Shown here one piece after another: positions 9,839-18,282 of a stretch of DNA of 64,000 nucleotides. A program made the translations under genes and the position numbers. The DNA is from Promethearchaeota archaeon. Its GTDB lineage: Archaea; Asgardarchaeota; Lokiarchaeia; Sigyniarchaeales; SOKP01. The notes under the pieces were generated by a model. That model was not told the origin of the DNA. It saw nothing but the letters and a program-made list of their open reading frames with translations, and ran no database searches. Where the stretch lies: assembly GCA_016840165.1 (NCBI GenBank), contig JAEOSU010000080.1, positions 1-64,000 of the forward strand, given 5' to 3'. The stretch's first letter is position 1, and every line of letters starts with the position of its first letter.

Positions 9839-10981
9839 CTACTCTTCTTGATATAAGGATCTAATTCTTTTAAGACCATCAAAATTTTTTATTAGAATGG
9901 ATATTTCTTTTGGAACTAATTGTGTCCAAGAATTATCCTCTTTACTTATAAGATGTCGAATATTAGTGCTATTGTATTTTTTTTTGAAAATTCCTAATTT
10001 ATTTGCAACCATATAACCTTTATTTTTGAATAATTCTCTTACCCATTCGCTATTAGAATATACAATATTTATATTTCCGACGATAGTTATTACGTGATCA
10101 ACCCATTTCTGGGCGTTAAATATATCGGGAATTTGATAAATAGTATATCGATTTGGATTAACGTTTCTGGTTTCCATTGCTTTTTTAATAAAACTAACGC
10201 GTTCTTGACCTGTGAAAGGATCATTTTTCTTGTAAGAAAGCTGAGAACTACCAACGCCAATTTTTAATTTATTATGTCTTTTTAAAATATAATTTATGAT
10301 ATAGATATGGCCATGATGCATTGGTTGAAATCGACCAATAAAAAAAGCAATGTCGCTTTCAGGTTTATTGATTTTTATAGGGGAAGCAGTTCCATTAAAA
10401 ATTTCATTTATATTTTTAGTGATAAGTTTACTCCATATTTTCTTTGAATAATCGACAGTATCTTCATCTTTTAAAATGGATTTCAATTCCTCTTCCGTAT
10501 AAAACCTACTTTTATTAGTATCCAGCTCTTCCTCATTGGGAGAAAGCTTTATATCTGAATCTACTGTTCCTAAAAATATGTAAGCAATTTCAGTGACATT
10601 CTTATTCTTTTCTGGTGATAAGGAATAAAAACGTACATTTTTTACATTCTTTGGATTTATTCCAAATTCTTCTTCTAGTTCTCTCAGTGCATCATATTTA
10701 ATATCTTTTAAACTTAAATTTGGCCGATATCTTACATGTCCAGAAGCAGAGTCAGTATAATATCCGGGAAAGGTCTCTTTTGATTGACTTCGCTTTTGTA
10801 CTAAATAAAGTTTATCAGAATCCTTTGATTTAGCAATTATGAAAAATCTAATTATTAAATGACTTACTCCCTGCTGATGTGCTTGTCTTCTATCTAAAGG
10901 AAATATATATTTTGAAATTTGTCCTGAGTGTAAAAACTTTATATGCTCCTCTGCAATACAAGCAATAATCTCCTCTTCCAT
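9839..10981 (-). CDS. Nudix (IDI/YfcD-like) + nicotinamide-nucleotide adenylyltransferase (NadM) fusion
   Basis: N-terminal QKRS..K.TFPG...SASGHV...ALRELEEEFGI; C-terminal FIGRFQPMHHGH, GSSQ, NDPFTGQER, YNSTNIR. Confidence 0.88.
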   Translation of the reverse strand: MEEEIIACIAEEHIKFLHSGQISKYIFPLDRRQAHQQGVSHLIIRFFIIAKSKDSDKLYLVQKRSQSKETFPGYYTDSASGHVRYRPNLSLKDIKYDALRELEEEFGINPKNVKNVRFYSLSPEKNKNVTEIAYIFLGTVDSDIKLSPNEEELDTNKSRFYTEEELKSILKDEDTVDYSKKIWSKLITKNINEIFNGTASPIKINKPESDIAFFIGRFQPMHHGHIYIINYILKRHNKLKIGVGSSQLSYKKNDPFTGQERVSFIKKAMETRNVNPNRYTIYQIPDIFNAQKWVDHVITIVGNINIVYSNSEWVRELFKNKGYMVANKLGIFKKKYNSTNIRHLISKEDNSWTQLVPKEISILIKNFDGLKRIRSLYQEE

Positions 10982-10993
10982 ATTATCCCCTTT

Positions 10994-11827
10994 TTATAAT
11001 TTAAATCGAATAGTATCTCCTATGTTTAAATTAAGCTTCACTGCAGCATTGCTTTGATTCATTGAAATTTCAAGATAATCTGAAGATCCTTTAAGAAAAA
11101 TTAATTCATTAGTATCTGTAGCTCTATAATGGGATTGAATGATTCCCTGATATTCATTTTCATTGATTTGCACGGTTAATGGTGAGCCTTCATGAAGTTT
11201 GAAATTAGTATCTTTAATTTGATCTTTCATAATTGGAATATTAGTTACTAGATTACCAAAGTTATCTATATATTGTATAGTACAGTCTATGGTTTTATCT
11301 TGTAGTGAGATTTTATATGTGATGGGAAATGGGAATAGATTCTTCGGATTAAAATTAGGTCCAAATTTATTAAGTGGAATATTTTTAGAAAGGTAAGCAC
11401 TGACAGGAGCCATTATATCACGTCCGTGGAATGTATTTGAAACTGGCATATGGTAAAAGTTTTCATTTTGAATATGAATACAATCTTTAATTTCATTTTC
11501 ATTAAAAGCGAGCCAAAAAATTCCATTATCAGGACCAATAAAATAATGATTTGAACTTGTTTTAATTGCTAAAATCTTTCTTGAACTTCCAACCCCCGGA
11601 TCTACAACTACAACAAAAATAGAATTTTGTGGGAATAGCCTATAAACGGTTTTGATGATGAAAGATGTCTCGATTATTGAATAGGAAGAAATTTGATGGT
11701 GTATATCAATGATTCTTGCTTTAGGATTGATTCCAATCATCACCGCTTTCATAGCGGCAATATAATGCGATCCTTTTGGTCCAAAATCGGTAATTAAACC
11801 AATAATTCCATTGTGAGTAGTGTCCAT
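10994..11827 (-). CDS. SAM hydroxide adenosyltransferase / SAM-dependent halogenase family (DUF62)
   Basis: LITDFG, VVDPGVGS.R, GPDNG, SNTFHGRDI.APV, YIDNFGNLVTN. Confidence 0.93.
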   Translation of the reverse strand: MDTTHNGIIGLITDFGPKGSHYIAAMKAVMIGINPKARIIDIHHQISSYSIIETSFIIKTVYRLFPQNSIFVVVVDPGVGSSRKILAIKTSSNHYFIGPDNGIFWLAFNENEIKDCIHIQNENFYHMPVSNTFHGRDIMAPVSAYLSKNIPLNKFGPNFNPKNLFPFPITYKISLQDKTIDCTIQYIDNFGNLVTNIPIMKDQIKDTNFKLHEGSPLTVQINENEYQGIIQSHYRATDTNELIFLKGSSDYLEISMNQSNAAVKLNLNIGDTIRFKL

Positions 11828-11880
11828 CTTTTAATTGTTAGGACTGAAAAATAAAATTAGATACTTAATCTTTGAAAAGA

Positions 11881-12783
11881 TTATGAAGACTTATATTTTT
11901 CATCAACTTTATAGAACTCTTCCAATGCTTTTGATTTCAAGCGATATTCCTCCTCTTTTTCAAAATCAACCAATTTTTTTGATAATTCGCTCGCCTCTTT
12001 ATAGGCAGTATAAGCAGAATGAAAATCTTCATTTCTTAGGAAGTTCCTTGCCTCTTGGATTACTTGTTCTCTTTTTTTTGAGAGATCAGGAATTTTCTTA
12101 GAATAATTAGCCTTCTCCTTTAATGATTCTGCAATATCCACGATATACATTTCTTCAGCTATCTCTGATGCTTTATTAAAAAATTTTGTTGCTTTTTCAT
12201 AATCCAATTCTTTTAAAGCATTATTAGCAATATCATAGTGTTCACTAATTTTCTCATGAACGCCCTCTTCGACTTGCTTTAATAATTCCTGAGCAATTCT
12301 TCTTTCTTTTTTACCTCCACTAAGCATAAATTTTGTAATATTAATTATACTATTTTTAAGTGCTTCTGGTTTCAAAAGATCTATTAACGGCTCCAGATGT
12401 TCTATATAAATATCTTTTAAAATTGATTCAAACTCTTCCTGGGATAATTTTAAGAGTTCTGGTCCAAGTATCTCTAAAGCTTCCGCTCCTTCCTTCAAAG
12501 AGGCCCTAAATTTCTCTGGCTTGTCATTTTCATCAAGTAAAAGACCTATTATTACCCCCGATGCTTTTCGCCTTAATTTTCCTTTAAATTTATATAAATG
12601 TGAGAAAATAATATGATCTTTTAGTTTTAATAAATTATATTCATCTTTGGAATGATCTAAGTTAAGTCGCAAAAATAAATCATTGGTAATTTGAAAATCT
12701 GATTTCCCTTCTTTACGAAAATACCCCAATACTTTATAATCTTTATCTAAGGGCAATATTATAACAAAACTTCCTACTGGCAT
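11881..12783 (-). CDS. Hypothetical protein: longin/uDENN-like N-terminal domain + TPR-like helical repeats
   Basis: N-terminal MPVGSFVIIL...IIGLLLDENDKPE.F beta/alpha pattern; two C-terminal A...DY/F.A...Y/F..AS helical hairpins; fold call is inference. Confidence 0.5.
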   Translation of the reverse strand: MPVGSFVIILPLDKDYKVLGYFRKEGKSDFQITNDLFLRLNLDHSKDEYNLLKLKDHIIFSHLYKFKGKLRRKASGVIIGLLLDENDKPEKFRASLKEGAEALEILGPELLKLSQEEFESILKDIYIEHLEPLIDLLKPEALKNSIINITKFMLSGGKKERRIAQELLKQVEEGVHEKISEHYDIANNALKELDYEKATKFFNKASEIAEEMYIVDIAESLKEKANYSKKIPDLSKKREQVIQEARNFLRNEDFHSAYTAYKEASELSKKLVDFEKEEEYRLKSKALEEFYKVDEKYKSS

Positions 12784-12851
12784 TATTAATTACTCTCTAT
12801 TAATTCTTTCTTTTTCAATTAAAGGTTCTAATATTAGAAAAATATGATCAT

Positions 12852-13280
12852 TTATTCTTTACAACTAATGATTCTATTAGTTTCTTCACGAATGGATTGA
12901 ATAATATTTAGTAATTGAGCATAATATAAATTATTCGACACGACCTGTTCTGCCTGTTTTATCATCTCTATTGCTTTTTTCTCTTCTTCCGTGATAGATT
13001 CAATTGATTTTTTTTCGTATAATTCCTTAATCTTAGAATTGAAATCATCTGCAATTTCTTGAAGATTTTCACTCGACTTCATTCGGAATTGTTTTAAGAC
13101 TTCTACTATAAGGCGAATATTCTCATTTACTGAAATAGTTTCTTCTGAGAATTTTTGGGACATTGACTGTATAGCAGTACTCATTTGATTAATTTGAGCG
13201 ATAGTCCCATCTAAAGATGCAGTAATTTGATTTATTTTATTAATCATTTCATCTAATAATCTTTCAGCCAAACTTTTCAC
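12852..13280 (-). CDS. Coiled-coil protein
   Basis: 142-aa ORF with continuous heptad pattern and no TM segment; co-oriented with neighbours. Confidence 0.7.
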   Translation of the reverse strand: MKSLAERLLDEMINKINQITASLDGTIAQINQMSTAIQSMSQKFSEETISVNENIRLIVEVLKQFRMKSSENLQEIADDFNSKIKELYEKKSIESITEEEKKAIEMIKQAEQVVSNNLYYAQLLNIIQSIREETNRIISCKE

Positions 13281-13313
13281 CTTTGTTAATTAAGTTTGTT
13301 ATATACATTTATT

Positions 13314-13730
13314 TTATACTTTATTTGGCATTTGTTCTTTCAAGTTTTTCACAGAGCTAATAGCTTCTGCAAGAATTAAATTGACGGTATCTTGATTTAA
13401 TACTTCACTTGAGAGTTTTTCAAATTCTTCTAATTTCTTTATTAAATTTGTGAGAGCATCTAATCCAAGTCCTTCTTGTATTTTTTTCAACTCCTCCTTA
13501 GTACCCTCTCCTATATTTTTTAGGACATTTAAATGCTTATCTTGTGTAAGATTAATTTCATGTGAGAATTCCTTTAGTTTTTCATTTAAATTAGTAATTT
13601 TTTGTTCTATGTTTTGATTAAGTCCATCTAATGAAGTTTTTAACCCTTGAATAGCTTGACCTAACTGAGCAATTCTCTTATAAATATTTTGGAGAAGATC
13701 TGTCAACATTTCTGCCAATTGAAAGTACAC
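13314..13730 (-). CDS. Coiled-coil protein (probable paralog of 12852-13280)
   Basis: Heptad pattern; shared SLDG motif and similar length; true start is probably the TTG at 13718 after the GAGGTG SD-like site. Confidence 0.7.
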   Translation of the reverse strand: MYFQLAEMLTDLLQNIYKRIAQLGQAIQGLKTSLDGLNQNIEQKITNLNEKLKEFSHEINLTQDKHLNVLKNIGEGTKEELKKIQEGLGLDALTNLIKKLEEFEKLSSEVLNQDTVNLILAEAISSVKNLKEQMPNKV

Positions 13731-13895
13731 CTCAAATATTTTATTTAAAGATAAAAAATTATGTAATATTTGCTTCGATTATTAATATAGTAGATTAATA
13801 GAATAAAAAAATTTTTATGTTTTTATTCTTTTTGACTTTATAAGATTGAGTCCCTAGTAAAAGTACATAATAGGAGCGCAATCAAATAATATTAT

Positions 13896-14105
13896 GGGCC
13901 ATTAGCTCAGATATCTACGAGAGTTTATCTCGTTAACTAAAATGGTTAACAAGGTTTAATAGAAGCTTGGTCAACAAGCGCAGGTCTTATAAATGACACA
14001 CAGACATACAAAAGCAAGCAATTGTCTGTATTTAGTAAAAACCTGAGATCCGGGGTTCAAAATGATTAATCATAACCATTATTCATGAAATTCCCCGATG
14101 GCCCA
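13896..14105 (+). tRNA. tRNA-Ile(UAU) interrupted by four BHB-type introns (about 13913-13942, 13949-13975, 13993-14040, 14062-14091)
   Basis: Acceptor GGGCCAT/ATGGCCC+A; anticodon arm CAGGT-CT-TAT-AA-ACCTG; 5-nt variable loop; T arm CGGGG-TTCAAAT-CCCCG; spliced product is 75 nt. Confidence 0.85.
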
Positions 14106-14109
14106 TCTT

Positions 14110-14790
14110 TTATTTATCCAATACAGTATCAACTAAATTCAAAACCCATTTCTTAATCTGCATTAAATTTTTTAACAATCCAGGTACCAGATTGTCTGGG
14201 AATGGTTTTTCTTGATCCAAAGTTTGGACATTGGTCATCCATTTATTTAATGCTAATTGAACCAAACTTGAACCTTCAGCTTCCATAAACATCGGAACAA
14301 CCGCAGCACTTTCTCTAGCATCCCCTATTGTGAAATAAACTTTCCTATTTATTTCATTTAGCATAACATAATTTGCACATTCATCTAATTTTCTTTCAAC
14401 TAATATAATTTTAAGAATTTGACTCTTTAATTCATTATCTTGAGAAGAGAAAGAGATTTTTCGTTTTTCAAGTTTTGGTTTAACCTCATTTAATAACTTG
14501 TCTCCCGTAGTTCCTTCAGGAAAATATTTTGTTAAACGTAATCCATCATCTAATGCTTCAATAAATGTAAACTTTTTTGTGTTTGAATAGAAAATAGTCT
14601 GAGAACCCTCTTTGGTTTCATTTGCCGATTGCTTTAAAAAAATATTTCTCATACCTACAGAATTGGTGGTATGGTATGCTAATTCAAATAATTGCTTTGG
14701 AATTAAAGGTTCATAAGGTATTTTTGTTTGAGTAAATGCCCATTGAGTCCGAATAACGTTATTAAACTGAGTTAAAAGTCGATTTTCCAT
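14110..14790 (-). CDS. Hypothetical protein
   Basis: 226-aa ORF with normal composition; no family confidently recognised. Confidence 0.7.
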   Translation of the reverse strand: MENRLLTQFNNVIRTQWAFTQTKIPYEPLIPKQLFELAYHTTNSVGMRNIFLKQSANETKEGSQTIFYSNTKKFTFIEALDDGLRLTKYFPEGTTGDKLLNEVKPKLEKRKISFSSQDNELKSQILKIILVERKLDECANYVMLNEINRKVYFTIGDARESAAVVPMFMEAEGSSLVQLALNKWMTNVQTLDQEKPFPDNLVPGLLKNLMQIKKWVLNLVDTVLDK

Positions 14791-14930
14791 CGTTTCAAAA
14801 TTCCTATCGTTATTATTATATTATTCTACTAGTTTTTATTTTTATTTTTTTTTATTGTCAATTAAATAAAAATTAAGGAGGAATTTATGATAAGATTTAA
14901 TAGAAAAATTAAGGATATGTAATATTAATC

Positions 14931-16307
14931 TCATTTTTTGCGTATTTGAGAATAAGCTTTTTCAAGACGCTCAATTGCTAATAGTATATCTTTAGATTGA
15001 GCTCCAATTGCCGCATTCATTACAATATAGGGTTGACTATAATCTTCACAGCAGGTACCAAATGCTTTCTCTCTTGAATTATATACTCGTGGCCCAGTAA
15101 CTCTCAAATTATACAGAGCACCTCCTAATGCAGTTAATTGTTCTTTTTTTAAATTATTTAATGACATCGCTACTGCTACCGGATTAAATATTTTTAGGAT
15201 CCTTTCATCAAGTTTTTGTGCAAGAGTTTGGAGTTTCTCTTCAAGTAATTTACGATTTTGTTGCTGCTCTAACAACATTCTTTCATAGCCTTTAACTCCT
15301 AAAGATAACATAGAGATGAGAAAATTCACTATAGGTGTTGCAGAAGCTCTGCCAGCGTATGCTTGACTTATTTGTGTAATAATTTCTTCCCTTGGTGAGG
15401 CAATTACCGCTCCCCCTATTGGAGTAAGTATGTTTTTATCAGTTGATTGAATTACAGCATCTACACGGCCAGCATCTATACCTGCACGTATCAATTTCAT
15501 CCATTCTGGACTTTGAACACCATATGCGTTAATTACAATATGGACCAAATTCTTATCTTTTGCAAATTTACTTATCTCTTTAATATCATCATGCTCTCGA
15601 GGTGGGAAAAAACTTGTGACGGACAGCACAGCAAAACAATCATCATCATAATTTTTTATAATATCCTCAATTGGAATCCTTACAGCATCATCAAAAATTT
15701 TTCCCTTAATAATTTTAGAGCGAATTCCCATCAAATCTAAAGCTTTCAAGAGTGATTTATGATCTACTTGAGGTACTAAAACTTTCCTTTTTCGCAGAAA
15801 TTTCTCCTCATTCCAATCTGGCTTAAGAGCGCCTAAACATAATGCTAAGGACATCCCAGTACAGAGTGGAATGACTATTGCTTTTTGAATATTGGGCAAA
15901 CCGAACTTTCTAAGAAAATCTCTGGCTAAATAATTAGAAATTTCATACATAATTGACCCACCTGGAGCTTTTGGCTGAGGTGCGGTTAAGAATCCACTTC
16001 TACCCACACCATGACAGAATCCTGAGGAAGTAAGCAGATGCAGTCGAGAAGCAATTCTAGCCTCTCTTTCTCCCACCCTTGATGCTTTATCATCTTTATC
16101 AGTATCCATATTTGAGAGAGTTTGTAAGAAAAAGTTTATTTGTTCCTCACTCCAAGGATCAATAGGCATGCTCTTTTGTTCGAATAAGATTCGCATCGGA
16201 TTAAGAAAGTTATTTAAAACCAAGTTGCCTCGATTAAGCATATTCTGAGGGATGGAAGTGTTTTCAAAATATCTAATAATGTTATCAAAATCAACCAAAA
16301 ATATCAC
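14931..16307 (-). CDS. spcS: O-phosphoseryl-tRNA(Sec) selenium transferase (SepSecS)
   Basis: GEREARI, HGVGRSG, PQPKAPG, CTGMSL, DHKS, NAYGVQS, GRVDAVIQSTDKN (PLP lysine); true start may be the TTG at 16298. Confidence 0.97.
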   Translation of the reverse strand: MIFLVDFDNIIRYFENTSIPQNMLNRGNLVLNNFLNPMRILFEQKSMPIDPWSEEQINFFLQTLSNMDTDKDDKASRVGEREARIASRLHLLTSSGFCHGVGRSGFLTAPQPKAPGGSIMYEISNYLARDFLRKFGLPNIQKAIVIPLCTGMSLALCLGALKPDWNEEKFLRKRKVLVPQVDHKSLLKALDLMGIRSKIIKGKIFDDAVRIPIEDIIKNYDDDCFAVLSVTSFFPPREHDDIKEISKFAKDKNLVHIVINAYGVQSPEWMKLIRAGIDAGRVDAVIQSTDKNILTPIGGAVIASPREEIITQISQAYAGRASATPIVNFLISMLSLGVKGYERMLLEQQQNRKLLEEKLQTLAQKLDERILKIFNPVAVAMSLNNLKKEQLTALGGALYNLRVTGPRVYNSREKAFGTCCEDYSQPYIVMNAAIGAQSKDILLAIERLEKAYSQIRKK

Positions 16308-16329
16308 CTTATACTATCTTTTAAAAAAT

Positions 16330-16482
16330 TGGCGGCCCTCGAGGAGAGTTTCGAAAGTTAGGAAAATCCTAGCTATTATCGAACTCCTATCCCTCCGCAG
16401 GATAACTAGGTTTGAAGCCTAGCGTCAGAGACCACTTATCGTAAAAAACCGATGAGGTTTTTAATTCCGACCGTCAAGGGCC
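16330..16482 (-). tRNA. selC: tRNA-Sec(UCA), 9/4 fold, two introns (D arm 16436-16465; T loop 16348-16377), genome-encoded CCA
   Basis: 9-bp acceptor GGCCCTTGA/TCGAGGGCC, G73+CCA, anticodon loop CT-TCA-AA, long variable arm, 4-bp T stem GGAG/CTCC, 7-bp D stem after splicing; both introns have good BHB motifs. Confidence 0.93.
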
Positions 16483-16566
16483 ACTAAATAATGAACTATG
16501 TACAAGTACATTATATTGTTTGATTTAAATGAACTTTATGGTTTAATTTTAAATATTTATCATTCA

Positions 16567-17589
16567 TTAATATTGGAAAGATAAATGTTCCTCAAGAAAT
16601 TTGCCATCCTTTATAATCTGGATGTCATCGAACCACAGAGAACATTTCCTCATGATTCCATCTACATGACCTGAAGATTGCCAATTTGCTCCAGTTTCCT
16701 GGGGATATGGACTTCCAAAAGCTATATGAACCCCTGGAAATTTCTCATCTTGTAAGAGATTACTAATTAAGTCAACAAGTGCAATATTTGTACCACATGC
16801 GAATTCTCCTACCCTATTACTATTTTCGTCGTTTCTTAAATATTCTTTGAATTCTGATAATAGATCTTTGTTTTCACAAGAGATATCTTCTACGATTGCT
16901 CTTGAGTTAGCGATTGGGATTGAAATAGGCGTGTCTTTCAGATCACCATACTTTTCATTGAAAAAATCACCTAGTGTACCATCCACCACCATTACTCCTT
17001 CAATAGATTTCGGGCACGTAAAAACCTCTCCCGCTGGTAGATTCCCCCACATTCCTTTATGCCATAGTAATCCTGTATCAGGAACCCATCTTATTTTATT
17101 AGAAAAACTTGCTTGAATATTTGTACCATTCGGAGTGGTCACTCTTGCCTTTTTAGTTTTTACTGCAAATCTCATTATCGCAAAAGTTAAACTCGCAATT
17201 TTATAATAATCTGCTTGCATTCCAGTCATCATAATTTTGTCATTGATATTTGGCATATGGATTTCCCGTCCCGAATTTTTAGCAAGCAATAGAAGTGGCC
17301 CTCTAAACTTTTGGAGCTCTCCTGGTTTAGCTTGAGCCGCATAATATGTTACATCACTTTTCTTTACATCAACTTTCACTTCTTTAGGCACATTATTTAA
17401 TGGTCTTTGCCCATACTGCTCTAAAACATGAAATTTAATCTTAGAGGTTATCTTCTCAGCGAATTCTCTAATTACTGATCCAATCTTAATGGTTTCATTA
17501 TCAGTAATAATGGTTGCTTGTTCATGTGGTAGTAACTTAGAACATGTCTCAACAATAGTCTTTCCTGCATTTTTAAATAATTCTTCCAT
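16567..17589 (-). CDS. M29-family (AmpS/aminopeptidase T-like) metallo-aminopeptidase
   Basis: NLPAGEVFTCP, VGEFACGTN, QDEKFPGVHIAFG, HVD. Confidence 0.88.
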   Translation of the reverse strand: MEELFKNAGKTIVETCSKLLPHEQATIITDNETIKIGSVIREFAEKITSKIKFHVLEQYGQRPLNNVPKEVKVDVKKSDVTYYAAQAKPGELQKFRGPLLLLAKNSGREIHMPNINDKIMMTGMQADYYKIASLTFAIMRFAVKTKKARVTTPNGTNIQASFSNKIRWVPDTGLLWHKGMWGNLPAGEVFTCPKSIEGVMVVDGTLGDFFNEKYGDLKDTPISIPIANSRAIVEDISCENKDLLSEFKEYLRNDENSNRVGEFACGTNIALVDLISNLLQDEKFPGVHIAFGSPYPQETGANWQSSGHVDGIMRKCSLWFDDIQIIKDGKFLEEHLSFQY

Positions 17590-17601
17590 TCTAATATCCT
17601 C

Positions 17602-18279
17602 TTATTGAATAATTCTGTCTTTAATATCCTCACATCTTATCCTTCTACATCCCGGAGTCATAATACCTAAGTCATAGACCCTATCTAAATAATTAACGAT
17701 AATATGACTCGTTGCTCCAAAAATTACATATACCTTATTATCTAGGGGTTTGTATTTAAATTTCCCTACTCCAATTAATTCATTTTTAAGTTTATAAGTT
17801 CTTTCCTTAAAGTTACGCTTATTGGCAAAAAAAGTAATTGGAATTTTCACAATTTCTTTTACTTCCTCGTCCTGCTTTATTAATTTCTGGTTCTCATTGA
17901 TAATAGCAACAAAGGTAGTAATAATGAAACCTTTAGGAGTGAGATGATCATCAATGCAACCTAAAATTTCCACATTCTGTCGCGGTACGCCTAACTCCTC
18001 TTCTAATTCTCTTAGCGCAGTATCAAGGTAAGATCTATCATAATTAGGATCGAATTTTCCTCCTGGAAAAGACATCTCTCCGGAATGTTTATCGTTTTCT
18101 TGTTTAGTTCTTCGGATTAAAACAAGATCATAGGGCTTATTTTTGTAAGGAACAATCAAGAAAATAACAGCAGAGTTAATAAAATTTTCATGATGCATAG
18201 TTAATCGTTCAGGATCGTCTAGATCAGACAGTTGCTTTCGAATAAAATCTTTCTTGAATAAAAAATTCATAAGTTCCAT
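17602..18279 (-). CDS. CoA pyrophosphatase (NudL/NUDT7-type Nudix)
   Basis: HSGEMSFPGGK, TALRELEEELG, IFGAT. Confidence 0.88.
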   Translation of the reverse strand: MELMNFLFKKDFIRKQLSDLDDPERLTMHHENFINSAVIFLIVPYKNKPYDLVLIRRTKQENDKHSGEMSFPGGKFDPNYDRSYLDTALRELEEELGVPRQNVEILGCIDDHLTPKGFIITTFVAIINENQKLIKQDEEVKEIVKIPITFFANKRNFKERTYKLKNELIGVGKFKYKPLDNKVYVIFGATSHIIVNYLDRVYDLGIMTPGCRRIRCEDIKDRIIQ

Positions 18280-18282
18280 CTA

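Noticed and set aside
13911-13975. Single ~55-nt D-loop intron model
   Set aside because: It leaves an oversized D loop and has no BHB helix; the two-intron model gives a normal D loop and better BHB pairing
13981-14045. Reading the four-intron tRNA as tRNA-Leu(UAA) through alternative splice junctions
   Set aside because: No long variable arm, Ile-like acceptor stem, and the best BHB geometry (38/39) yields UAU
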